From assembly GCA_001724275.1 (NCBI GenBank), contig MEDZ01000009.1, positions 108,543-172,542 on the forward strand: a stretch of DNA of 64,000 bases, read 5' to 3'. This DNA is from Gemmatimonadetes bacterium SCN 70-22 (GTDB lineage Bacteria; Gemmatimonadota; Gemmatimonadetes; Gemmatimonadales; Gemmatimonadaceae). This document shows positions 1 through 8,777 of this stretch, piece after piece. Under the pieces are notes generated by a model. That model was not told the origin of the DNA, made no database searches, and saw only the letters and a list, made by a program, of their open reading frames with translations. The translations under genes and the position numbers were made by a program. How positions within the stretch are numbered: the first letter of the stretch is position 1; the number at the start of each line of letters is the position of its first letter.

Positions 1-147
1 GACGCCGAGCGCCGGCACCAGGAGCTGGCGACCGCGATCCGCCGCGAGGCCTGGGAGCTCCGCTCGGCCAAGGCCGACCGGACCGTCCTCGCGGCGATGT
101 TCGCCGAGTTCGCGCAGCGCCTCGTGGGCGACGGCGAGGCGCGTTAG
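1..147 (+). CDS. 3' end of a gene truncated by the window edge (unknown product)
   Basis: Frame 1 is open from the window edge with GC-rich third positions and ends ..VGDGEAR-TAG at 145-147. It lies 14 nt upstream of the next start. No recognisable domain. Confidence 0.45.
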   Translation, partial: DAERRHQELATAIRREAWELRSAKADRTVLAAMFAEFAQRLVGDGEAR

Positions 148-161
148 GCGCGCGCGGCGCG

Positions 162-1835
162 ATGGCCGACCGCTGGCAGGAGCTGCGGGACCTCCTGGTC
201 GACCCGGAGCGCGAGCGCATCCGGGAGATCGAGCGCAAGCTCGCCAACCCGGCCCTCCACGTCGACGAGGTCGCGCGCGTCCTGCCGGAGGCGATCACTC
301 GCCGCGCGGCGGGGGACGATCGGCTGGGGGCGGCGCTCGGGCCGGTGGTGGGCGAGGCGATTCGCTCGTCGGTGCGCCGCGACCCGCAGCCGCTGGTCGA
401 TGCGATCTTCCCGGTCATGGGACCGGCCATCCGCCGGGCCATCGCCAATGCGCTGGGCGAGCTCGTCCAGTCGCTGAACACCACCCTCGACCACACCTTC
501 TCGCTGCGGGGGCTGGCGTGGCGATGGGAGGCGATGCGCACCGGACGGTCGTTCGGCGAGGTGGTCCTCTCCCACTCGCTGGTCTACCGGGTGGAGCAGC
601 TCTTCGTGATCCACCGCGCGTCGGGGCTCCTGATCGACCATCGCACCGCCCCCGGGGTGCAGGCGCTCTCCCCCGACATGGTCGCCTCGATGATGACGGC
701 GTTGCGTGACTTCGCCCGCGACTCGTTCCACGCGGCGGAGCACGAAGGGCTGGACTCGTTCGCGTTAGGCGACCTGACCGTGTGGGCCGAGAGCGGGCCC
801 GGGGCGGTGCTGGCGGCGGTCATCCGCGGCGAGCCGCCGCGATCGCTGCGCGCCACGCTGCAGCGCGCGCTCGAGGAGGTGCACCTGGCCCATGGCGAGG
901 CGATCGACCGCTTCGCCGAGACGGGCGTCGCCTTCCCCGTGCGCGACGGCGTGCTCGAGCGCTGCCTGGTCACCAAGGCGCAGGAGCGCGCCGCGCGTCC
1001 CGCCGCCTGGCGCCTCTGGGTCGTGGGGGCGCTGGTGCTGGCGGGCGCGGGGTGGTGCGCCGTCCCGCGGGTGCTGGAGCAGCGCCGCTTCGACCGCTAC
1101 CTCGGGGCGCTGCGCCGGGAGCCCGGGGTGGTGATCGCCTCGACGGGACGGGAGCAGGGACGACGCTTCATCGTGGGGCTGCGCGACCCGCTGGCGCGCG
1201 ACCCCGGCGCGATGGCGGCTGCGGCCGGCTTCGACTCCACCCGCCTCGACGCCAAGTGGGAGCCGTACGTGGCGCTCCACCCGGCGTTCGTCGTGGCGCG
1301 CGCGCGGGCACTCCTCGTCCCGCCCCCCGCCACATCCTTGCGGCTGGCGGGCGACACGCTGGTCGCCCAGGGAGTGGCGCCCGCCGCGTGGCGACGGGAG
1401 GCGCAACGCCTCGCCCTCGCCGTTCCCGGAGTCGCGGCGTTGCGCCTGACGGATCTGGCCGACTCGGCCACCGTCGCCCTCCGTGCCGCCGCCGACTCGC
1501 TGGAGGCGGTCACCTTCGACTTCCCGCTCGGGAGCGCCCTCCCGGTCGCGGGCCAGGGGCCCCGCATCGACTCCCTGGCCACGCGCATCCGCGCCTTCCT
1601 CGCCAGCGCCGCGCGCGCCGAGCACGCCGCCACGATCGAACTCGTCGGCTCGGCCGACAGCGTCGGCACCGAGGCCACCAACGCCATCCTCCGCCAGGCC
1701 CGCGCCTCGCGCCTGCGCGCCGCCCTCATCGCCCGCGGGGCCGATCCTCGGTGGCTGGTGGCGACGCCAGACACGAGCGCCCTCGACCGCACCCAACGCA
1801 AGGTGCACCTGCGCATCACGCTCGCGCAGCCGTAG
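162..1835 (+). CDS. Single-pass membrane protein with an N-terminal cytoplasmic Roadblock/LC7-like segment and a C-terminal OmpA-like domain
   Basis: 557-aa ORF. Residues ~140-235 (VYRVEQLFVIHRASGLLIDH..DMVASMMTALRDFARDSF..AVLAAVIRGEPP) look Roadblock-like by eye. TM helix WRLWVVGALVLAGAGWCAV. C-terminal OmpA-type signature ELVGSADSVGTEATNAILRQARASRLRAAL. Confidence 0.85.
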   Translation: MADRWQELRDLLVDPERERIREIERKLANPALHVDEVARVLPEAITRRAAGDDRLGAALGPVVGEAIRSSVRRDPQPLVDAIFPVMGPAIRRAIANALGELVQSLNTTLDHTFSLRGLAWRWEAMRTGRSFGEVVLSHSLVYRVEQLFVIHRASGLLIDHRTAPGVQALSPDMVASMMTALRDFARDSFHAAEHEGLDSFALGDLTVWAESGPGAVLAAVIRGEPPRSLRATLQRALEEVHLAHGEAIDRFAETGVAFPVRDGVLERCLVTKAQERAARPAAWRLWVVGALVLAGAGWCAVPRVLEQRRFDRYLGALRREPGVVIASTGREQGRRFIVGLRDPLARDPGAMAAAAGFDSTRLDAKWEPYVALHPAFVVARARALLVPPPATSLRLAGDTLVAQGVAPAAWRREAQRLALAVPGVAALRLTDLADSATVALRAAADSLEAVTFDFPLGSALPVAGQGPRIDSLATRIRAFLASAARAEHAATIELVGSADSVGTEATNAILRQARASRLRAALIARGADPRWLVATPDTSALDRTQRKVHLRITLAQP

Positions 1836-1874
1836 CTTCGGATTCCCGTCTCCCGTCTCCCGCCCGCCCTCCCC

Positions 1875-2378
1875 ATGCCCGTCGTCCAGAGAAAAATCTG
1901 CATGCTCGGCGCCACCGGCGTCGGGAAGACCAGTCTCGTCAGGCGCTTCGTCGAGTCGATCTTCTCGGAGAAGTACCAGGCGACGATCGGCGTGAAGATC
2001 GACCGCAAGCTCGTGGAGCTGGGCGACACCACGGTCGCGCTGCTCCTCTGGGACCTGCAGGGGGAGGACGAGTTCCAGCGCGTGCGCATGTCGTACCTGC
2101 GCGGCGCCTCGGGGCTCATCTACGTCGCCGACGGGACGCGTCCCGAGACGCTCGCGACGACCCGGTCGATTCGAACGGTCGCCGAGGAGGCCGTCGGCGA
2201 CATCCCGTCGATCCTCCTGCTCAACAAGACCGACCTCGCCGGCGAGTGGGCGCTCGACGATGCTGCCGTCTCGGCGAACGGGCCGACAGGGGTCCCGGTC
2301 CTGCGCACCTCGGCGCTCACGGGGGACCAGGTGGAGGAGGCGTTCCATCAGCTCGTGCGCCGGATGATCGGCGCGTAG
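1875..2378 (+). CDS. Ras-superfamily (Rab-like) small GTPase
   Basis: 167 aa carrying all G-boxes: G1 GATGVGKT, G2 YQATIGV, G3 WDLQGED, G4 NKTD, G5 TSAL. Same strand as the OmpA-domain gene and 39 nt downstream of it. Confidence 0.9.
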   Translation: MPVVQRKICMLGATGVGKTSLVRRFVESIFSEKYQATIGVKIDRKLVELGDTTVALLLWDLQGEDEFQRVRMSYLRGASGLIYVADGTRPETLATTRSIRTVAEEAVGDIPSILLLNKTDLAGEWALDDAAVSANGPTGVPVLRTSALTGDQVEEAFHQLVRRMIGA

Positions 2379-2429
2379 GCGCCGGATGATCGGCGACGGG
2401 TGGGCCGGCATTCGTCGGTGCGATGCCTG

Positions 2430-2990
2430 TCAGCCCGCGAAGGGAGCTCGGGGAGTCTCGGGAATCTCTGGAGTCTCGGGAGCCTCGCCGGCGATCGGCT
2501 CGCCTCCACGCGCAAAGGCGAACGCGCCGCCAACCGCCACCACCCATGCCAGCGCCCCCACCATGCGCACGCCGCGTGCGATCTCGCGGTCACGCCCCAG
2601 CGCGTCCCATTCGGTGAGGAGATACCACCAGTCGTGCACGGCGTTCTCGCCTCCCAGCAGCGGGAGCTCCTGCGCGCGCGCATCACCGATGTACGACGCG
2701 ACGTTGAGGAGGTTGACGGCGACCCATGCCAGCACGACCGATGCGGCAAATCGGTCGCGACGCGTGACGAAGTAGGCGACGAAGGCGAGCGGGACGAGGA
2801 GCTGGAAGAGCGAACCTCCCGCGGTCATGCCATGGTCGCCGAATGGCTGGAAGATCACGTGCCCCGCCTCATGGATCGCGAGGTCGACGTCGTCCAGGAG
2901 GTCCCAGTAGTCTGCGTTGGCGAGCCGCCTCGCGGCGTAGGCGGCGAGGAGGGGGACGGCAAGGAGTCGGAGGGCGAGTCGGGGCTTCAT
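2430..2990 (-). CDS. Polytopic membrane protein with HExxH motif (metalloprotease-like, uncharacterised)
   Basis: 186 aa with a signal/TM N-terminus, motif DLAIHEAGHVIF, and several hydrophobic helices. Confidence 0.7.
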   Translation of the reverse strand: MKPRLALRLLAVPLLAAYAARRLANADYWDLLDDVDLAIHEAGHVIFQPFGDHGMTAGGSLFQLLVPLAFVAYFVTRRDRFAASVVLAWVAVNLLNVASYIGDARAQELPLLGGENAVHDWWYLLTEWDALGRDREIARGVRMVGALAWVVAVGGAFAFARGGEPIAGEAPETPEIPETPRAPFAG

Positions 2991-3084
2991 CGGGGTTTAC
3001 CCGGAAGACGACTCGCCCCGGTGGATTGGCACCCGGGCGGCACCGCGATTAGCGTCGAGGGAGGGTGCCGCGCGCGTAGCGGCG

Positions 3085-4248
3085 ATGTCGTTCATCCCTT
3101 TCCTCCGAAGGCACGTCCCGGTGAAGACGATTCGTTCGATGGCCGGCCGCCGCGCCGCTCCCCAGGTGGCGCCGGTGGCGCCGGTGGCGCCGGTGGCGCC
3201 GGTGGCGCGGTTCGCGCGCGCCACGCTGGTCGCGGCGCTTGCTGCCGTGGCGCTCCTCGTCCCTGCATCGACCGCGCGGGCGCAGGGTGCGCTGATCGTC
3301 CTCAACAAGGGTGACGCGCGGGCCTCCATCGTCGACCTCGCGAGCGGGAAGATCGTGAAGACGTACCCCACCGGCGAGGGCCCGCACGAGGTGGCGGTGA
3401 GCCCCGATGGGCGCACGGCGGTGGTGGGGAACTATGGAGGGCAGGCACCGGGGAACTCGCTCACGGTGCTCGACCTCGCCGGGCGTGCCGCCCCGCGCAC
3501 CATCTCGCTCGGCGAGTACCGGCGGCCGCACGGAATCGTCTGGCTGAAGGACGGGCGCCGCGTGCTGGTGACGGTGGAGATGAGCCGCGCGCTCCTCGTG
3601 GTGGACGCGATGGCTGGCGCGGTGGAGCGGGCGATCGCCACCGACCAGCAGGGGACCCACATGGTGGCGCTTGCCCCCGACGAGTCGATGGCGTACACGG
3701 CGAACATCGGATCGGGGAGCGTGAGCCGGATCGACCTGGCGGCCGGGAAGGCGGTGCAGGTGAAGGTGACGGGGAAGGGGCCCGAGGCGATCGACGTTTC
3801 GCCCGACGGGCGCGAGGTCTGGGCGGCCGACCGCACGCTGGACTACATCACGATCATGCGGGCCGGCACGCTGGACTCGTTAGGCTCGGCGCCGACGCGT
3901 CGCTTTCCCAACCGCCTCAAGTTCACCCCCGACGGCCGGCGCGTTCTGGTCTCCAACGCGGCGGCCGGGGCGATCACCGTGTACGACGCCGCCACGCGCG
4001 CGCTCATCAAGGCCATCGAGATCCCCTTCGACCCATCCAGGAAGAAGGCCGAGGTGGTCCTGGGTGACATGGGGAACAGTGCGGTCCCGCTGGGGATCCT
4101 GGTCGAACCCAACGGCCAGCGGGCCTGGGTGGCGACGGCGGCCCTGGGCGAGGTGGTGGAGCTCGACCTGGCGACGCTGTCGGTGCGTCGCACGATCGAC
4201 GCAGGAAACAACCCGGATGGCATGGCCTTCATCGCCCGCCTGCCTTGA
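3085..4248 (+). CDS. Secreted YVTN-type beta-propeller repeat protein
   Basis: Repeated GxGPHEVAVSPDG / IDVSPDGREVW / PDGMAF units and signal peptide ..LLVPASTARAQG. An alternative ATG start lies at 3139. Confidence 0.85.
   Translation: MSFIPFLRRHVPVKTIRSMAGRRAAPQVAPVAPVAPVAPVARFARATLVAALAAVALLVPASTARAQGALIVLNKGDARASIVDLASGKIVKTYPTGEGPHEVAVSPDGRTAVVGNYGGQAPGNSLTVLDLAGRAAPRTISLGEYRRPHGIVWLKDGRRVLVTVEMSRALLVVDAMAGAVERAIATDQQGTHMVALAPDESMAYTANIGSGSVSRIDLAAGKAVQVKVTGKGPEAIDVSPDGREVWAADRTLDYITIMRAGTLDSLGSAPTRRFPNRLKFTPDGRRVLVSNAAAGAITVYDAATRALIKAIEIPFDPSRKKAEVVLGDMGNSAVPLGILVEPNGQRAWVATAALGEVVELDLATLSVRRTIDAGNNPDGMAFIARLP
3165..3209 (+). repeat. 9-bp tandem repeat GGTGGCGCC x5 (last copy imperfect), in frame
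   Basis: Direct reading. It encodes (VAP)n in the n-region of the signal peptide of the YVTN protein. Confidence 0.9.
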
Positions 4249-4327
4249 CTTGCCATCGCACGACGCGTAGAAACCGACGCGGGGCGCGCACGTCGCGTGC
4301 CCGGGTCGCAAGACGATAGGGGATGAC

Positions 4328-5197
4328 ATGTCCAGCGTGGTGTACCTGAACGGGGAGTTCCTCCCGCGTAGCGAGGCCAAGCTCTCGGTGGACGAGCGCG
4401 GCTTCTTCTTCGGCGATGGCGTCTACGAGGTGACCCGCGCGGTCGACGGGCGCCTGTTCGAATCCGGCCGGCACCTCAAGCGACTGGCGCGCGGGCTCAA
4501 GGAGCTGCGCCTGTCGCCATCGGTCTCGCTCGAGGAGATCGAGGCGATCTCGCTCGAGCTCCTCAAGCGCAACGACATCACGTCGGGCGAGGGGACCGTC
4601 TACCTGCAGATCACCCGCGGCGCCGCCCCGCGCACGCACCACTTCCCCCCCGCGGGGACGCCGTGCACGGTCTTCCTCTCGGCCGGGCGTTTCACCCTCC
4701 CGACCGACAAGCGCGCCCAGGGCGTCGGCGTCGTCACCTACCCCGACATTCGCTGGTCGCGCTGCGACATCAAGACGGTCAACCTCCTCGGGGCGGTGAT
4801 GGCGAAGCAGTATGCCACCGATCATGGCGCGTTCGAGTCGATTTTCGTGAAGGAGAGCGCGGTAACCGAGGGGTCGCACACCAACGTCTTCGGTGTCATC
4901 GACGGTGAGCTGCGCACCTACCCGTCGTCCAACCTGATCCTCCCCGGCATCACGCGCGACGTGGTGCTCGAGCTGGCGCGCGAGACCGGCGTCCCGGTCA
5001 ACGAGACGCCCTTCCACATCCACCACCTCCCGGACCTCCAGGAAGCGTTCCTGACGGGGACCACCACCGACGTGATGCCGATCGTCTCCATCGACGGCAA
5101 GGCGGTCGGCGACGGGAAGCCGGGGAAGGTGACGATGGCGCTGTACGACGCGCTCGCCGCGCGCCTGTACGGGGCCGTCGGCGCCGGCAAGCGTTAG
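4328..5197 (+). CDS. dat: Class IV aminotransferase, D-amino-acid (D-alanine) aminotransferase-like
   Basis: 289 aa. ERGFFFGDGVYEVTR matches the Dat signature RGYQFGDGVYEV. Fold-type IV length and layout. Confidence 0.8.
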   Translation: MSSVVYLNGEFLPRSEAKLSVDERGFFFGDGVYEVTRAVDGRLFESGRHLKRLARGLKELRLSPSVSLEEIEAISLELLKRNDITSGEGTVYLQITRGAAPRTHHFPPAGTPCTVFLSAGRFTLPTDKRAQGVGVVTYPDIRWSRCDIKTVNLLGAVMAKQYATDHGAFESIFVKESAVTEGSHTNVFGVIDGELRTYPSSNLILPGITRDVVLELARETGVPVNETPFHIHHLPDLQEAFLTGTTTDVMPIVSIDGKAVGDGKPGKVTMALYDALAARLYGAVGAGKR

Positions 5198-5199
5198 CC

Positions 5200-6297
5200 A
5201 TGCCGCGGCCGGCGCTCGACCGGTCGCGTGCGTGCCGCCTGTGGGCCACGGGCGCGGCGCTCCTCCTCGGGGGCGCCGCGCCCGTCGCCGCTCAGGCCAC
5301 GCCCGCGGCATCGTCCCGCCCGCGGGTCCACATCCTCGCGACCGGCGGGACGATCTCGAACCTGGGGAACGACCGGCGCCGGACGGGCACCGAACTGGTG
5401 GACGGGATTGCCGGACTTCGCGAGATGGCCACCGTCACCGTGGAGCAGTTCCGCAACGTCGCCTCGGGAAGCATCACGCACGACGACTGGCGGAAGCTCG
5501 CGGCGCGCATCCGTCAGCTGCAAACATCTCCCGACGCCCCGGCCGGCTACGTCATCACGCACGGCACCGACACCATGGAGGAGACGGCCTGGTTCCTCTT
5601 GCTCACCGTGGGCGGGTGCGAGCCGGTGATCCTCACCGGGGCGATGCGCCCCGCGAACGCCGTGGGGGCCGATGGCCCGGCCAACCTGCGGAACGCGGTG
5701 CGCGCGGCCATCGCCCCCGCGTCGCGCGGCCGTGGCGCGATGATCCTGATGAACGACGAGATCTTCGCCGCGCGCGACGTCACCAAGTCCAACACCACGC
5801 GCCTCAACGCCTTCACCGCGCCCGATGCCGGCGTCCTGGGGCTCGCCGACCCCGACACGCTCGTGTACCACCGCCCGCCGCCTGCCACGTGCCCCGCGCC
5901 GGCGTTCGACCTCGGGACCATTGGCCCCTTCCCGCGCGTCGACGTGGTGTATGCGCACATCGGTGCCGACTCGGTGACGGTGGATGCCCTCGTCGAGGCA
6001 GGGGCGAAGGGGGTGGTCGTGGCAGGGGTCGGACGTGGCGGAACGACGCCGTCCATGGGACGGGCACTCGAGCGTGCCACGGAACGGGGGGTGATGGTCG
6101 TCGTCTCCAACCGGACGGGAAGCGGGCGCGTGGGGGTGCGCAGCGAACCCGACTCGCTCGATGCGCTCCCGCCGGGGCGCGGGGCGTTCGTCGGCGCCAC
6201 GGACCTCAATCCGCAGAAGGCGCGCATCCTCCTCATGCTCGCCCTCGCGGCGCACCTGGAGCCGGTGGCCATCGTCGAGCAGTTCAACGCGCGCTGA
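5200..6297 (+). CDS. ansB: Periplasmic L-asparaginase, type II
   Basis: Signal peptide followed by the asparaginase signatures ILATGGTIS and THGTDTMEETA. The start lies 2 nt after the dat stop. Confidence 0.85.
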   Translation: MPRPALDRSRACRLWATGAALLLGGAAPVAAQATPAASSRPRVHILATGGTISNLGNDRRRTGTELVDGIAGLREMATVTVEQFRNVASGSITHDDWRKLAARIRQLQTSPDAPAGYVITHGTDTMEETAWFLLLTVGGCEPVILTGAMRPANAVGADGPANLRNAVRAAIAPASRGRGAMILMNDEIFAARDVTKSNTTRLNAFTAPDAGVLGLADPDTLVYHRPPPATCPAPAFDLGTIGPFPRVDVVYAHIGADSVTVDALVEAGAKGVVVAGVGRGGTTPSMGRALERATERGVMVVVSNRTGSGRVGVRSEPDSLDALPPGRGAFVGATDLNPQKARILLMLALAAHLEPVAIVEQFNAR

Positions 6298-6390
6298 CTG
6301 GCGCTACGTAATGTCGGTACGGGACGTCGCGGCGCCGCCGTTCGACGCCCATTGGTGCGCGCTCAGGCGGCCCCCCCAACCAAAGCCCTC

Positions 6391-7689
6391 ATGTCGCAGA
6401 CGCCCCCGATCGCCGTGACGACCGCTCGCTACTCCACTCGCCTCGTCGCGTCCCTGGCCGCCCTGGCCCTGCCGCTCACGGCGCAGCAACCGATCGCGAT
6501 TCCTCGTGAGCACGCCGCCGTGAAGGGGGCGCTCGAGGCCATCCAGCGCGACAACGCCTGGACGCTCGAACAGCAGGTCTCCATCTGCGAGATTCCCGCC
6601 CCGCCGTTCAAGGAGGAGAAGCGCGGCCTCGAGATGAAGCGTCGCTTCGAGGCACTCGGGCTCAAGGTCACCATCGACTCGATCGGCAACGTGATCGCCG
6701 AGCGCAAGGGGAGTGGAAACGGCCCCACGGTGGCCATCGCGGGGCACCTCGACACCGTCTTCCCCGAGGGGACCGACGTGACGGTCAAGAAGGACGGGAC
6801 GAAGCTCACCGCTCCCGGCATCGGGGACGACTGCCGGGGGCTCGCCACCGTGCTCGCCGTCGCCCGTGCCATGCAGCACGCGAAGATCCAGACGCCGGGG
6901 ACGATCCTCTTCATCGCCAACGTCGGCGAGGAAGGGCCGGGGAACCTGCGCGGGATGCGCTATCTCTTCCGCAAGCCGCCGCAGAAGATCGACTTCTTCA
7001 TCTCGGTCGACGGGACGGGACTCGGCCTCACCACGGGCGCCGTGGGGAGCCAGCGCTACCTGGTGCAGTACCAGGGCCCGGGCGGGCACAGCTACGGCGC
7101 CTTCGGAATGGCCAACCCCATCCACGCCATGGGGCGCGCGATCGCCAAGGTCGCGGAATTCCAGGTCCCGGCCTCGCCGCGCACCACCTTCAATGTCGGG
7201 ATCGTCTCGGGCGGGACCTCGGTGAACACCATCTCGCCGTTAGGCGCGATGGAGGTCGACATGCGCTCCGAGTCGCCCGAGGAGCTGGCCAAGCTCGATG
7301 CCAAGCTGAAAGCGGCGCTGGCGGCGGCGCTTCGCGAAGAGAACGCGCGCTGGCCCAACGCGCGCGACACCGTCGCGCTCAAGATCACCGACATGGGGAT
7401 CCGCCCGGCGGCGCAGGTGAACGATTCGTCGTACATCGCCCGCACCGCACTCGCGGCGGGCAAGGCGCTTGGCTTCACCGCCCCCACCGGCGCCTCCAGC
7501 ACCGACGCCAACATCCCGATGAGCCTGGGGATTCCGGCCATCACCATCGACGGCGGAGGCATCGGCCGCGGTGCGCACTCCATCACCGAGTCGTACGACG
7601 ATGGGGCGGAGGGTTACAAGGGGCCGCAGTGGGCGCTCCTCATCGTGAGTGCGCTGGCGGGAGTCGGGCGGGTGTCGTACACGCCATAG
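6391..7689 (+). CDS. M20-family metallopeptidase (secreted)
   Basis: IAGHLDTVFPEG and GIGDDCRGLA metal-binding motifs plus a signal peptide. The ORF is open from 6352; the ATG at 6391 is preferred. Confidence 0.8.
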   Translation: MSQTPPIAVTTARYSTRLVASLAALALPLTAQQPIAIPREHAAVKGALEAIQRDNAWTLEQQVSICEIPAPPFKEEKRGLEMKRRFEALGLKVTIDSIGNVIAERKGSGNGPTVAIAGHLDTVFPEGTDVTVKKDGTKLTAPGIGDDCRGLATVLAVARAMQHAKIQTPGTILFIANVGEEGPGNLRGMRYLFRKPPQKIDFFISVDGTGLGLTTGAVGSQRYLVQYQGPGGHSYGAFGMANPIHAMGRAIAKVAEFQVPASPRTTFNVGIVSGGTSVNTISPLGAMEVDMRSESPEELAKLDAKLKAALAAALREENARWPNARDTVALKITDMGIRPAAQVNDSSYIARTALAAGKALGFTAPTGASSTDANIPMSLGIPAITIDGGGIGRGAHSITESYDDGAEGYKGPQWALLIVSALAGVGRVSYTP

Positions 7690-7706
7690 ACGAGAAGACG
7701 AGAGGG
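7686..7706 (+). repeat. Copy 1 of the dispersed (AGAAGACG)n-AGAG element
   Basis: ATAGACG-AGAAGACG-AGAGGG, overlapping the TAG stop of the M20 gene. Confidence 0.6.
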
Positions 7707-7718
7707 CGACGGCGGTTG

Positions 7719-8411
7719 CTACAGCCAATGCCTCACCTGTTCGCCATACAGCGTTCGCATGGTGCGGCGGTTGACGGGGAGGGCGCTGGCCTTGAACGCC
7801 TGGAAGCGGCGCAGCACGCGCTGGTGGCGACGCTCGCCCATCGGCAGGGGGACGTGCGGCATGTCGATCAGCGCCCGCTCCACCCGCCACACGCTACGAC
7901 GGCTTAGGCGCCAGTCGGCGGGGGTGAGGGCGTCGAGGTGGGCGACGCCATAGGCGTTGAGGCGCCCGGAGCCGTCGACATACGGGTCCATGTAGCTGCG
8001 CACGAGTGCGGGGATCGACCGAAACACCGGCGGTCGGCCGTGCAGCCCGTAGTCGCGCGATCGCGCCACGGTCCCCCAATGGCCGTCGTGCCGGTACAGG
8101 AACAGGACGTGGTCGAGCCCGTCGTCGCTCTCGATGTCGAGGACGGCGGGCGGGTAGCCATGGTGCTCCAGGATCGCCGCGGTGAAGAGGACCGCCTCCA
8201 GGCACGACGCGCGCCCGGCGGCCACCGAGCCTCGGAAGCTGCGCAGCGTGTGCTCCCAGTTGTAGGGGAGCGAGCGCAGGTAGCGTTGCACCTGGAGGGG
8301 CGTCCGGAGCCGGGCGATCAGGCGCCGCTCCCGCCGGGTATACGCGGCGGGCGACGGCGTGCGTACCGGCGCCGACAGGATGCGTTCGAGATCGGGGCGA
8401 CGCATCGGCAT
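7719..8411 (-). CDS. Hypothetical protein, possibly a transglutaminase-like cysteine-protease fold
   Basis: Good GC3 frame. The Cys/His/Asp-containing core (RASCLEAVLFTAAILEHHGY .. DGLDHV) is suggestive only. Start taken at MPMRRPDL; the ORF is open to 8504. Confidence 0.55.
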   Translation of the reverse strand: MPMRRPDLERILSAPVRTPSPAAYTRRERRLIARLRTPLQVQRYLRSLPYNWEHTLRSFRGSVAAGRASCLEAVLFTAAILEHHGYPPAVLDIESDDGLDHVLFLYRHDGHWGTVARSRDYGLHGRPPVFRSIPALVRSYMDPYVDGSGRLNAYGVAHLDALTPADWRLSRRSVWRVERALIDMPHVPLPMGERRHQRVLRRFQAFKASALPVNRRTMRTLYGEQVRHWL

Positions 8412-8777
8412 GCGCGGGAGAGGGGGCGGGCGAGTTCGGCTTGCAGCGGGAAGCCTATCGCGGTGACCACCCGCGGACCAGCGCGAGATCCCCTGGTACC
8501 CCACGGCAGGCGGCGGCGCACCACGCCCGCGCGCATGCAGCCCGACGTCTCGGCGCCCCGGTTGCCGCCGGCGCTCCGGTCGCCGCCGGCGCTCCGTCGC
8601 GGAGGCTGGTGCACCGGGCGATGTGTCGAGGTGCCGGCGAGCGGTTCACGGGCCAACGATCGCTCCCCCCTCCGCGTCCTCTCGGTAGCGGCGCCGGTCA
8701 CCGTCCTCGGCCACCGGCGTCGCCCGACGCATCGACGTCGCTCACCTCCCCCCGGCCTCCACCCTCCCCGCCTTACA

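Noticed and set aside
1836-1874. C/T-rich leaders immediately upstream of the ATG, at 1836-1874 before the GTPase gene and about 51841-51903 before msrP.
   Set aside because: These are only a compositional impression, and I know of no defined motif or function for them. They may simply reflect weak Shine-Dalgarno usage in this lineage.
7938-8777. N-terminal extensions of track ORFs, such as the 826-aa amidohydrolase ORF, 19979-20920, 48435-49298, 54001-54717 and 57553-58050.
   Set aside because: The extensions overlap upstream genes or intergenic DNA and lack protein-like composition. Internal starts followed by signal peptides, or showing start/stop overlap coupling, fit better.
8412-8777. 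The 366-bp GC-rich gap between divergent genes, which includes a 15-bp direct repeat GCCGCCGGCGCTCCG x2 and TACAAT abutting the ATG at 8778, as a possible sRNA or riboswitch.
   Set aside because: I recognised no conserved structure or motif. TACAAT overlaps the start codon, so it cannot serve as its -10 element. The true start of the minus-strand gene may also lie within this gap.
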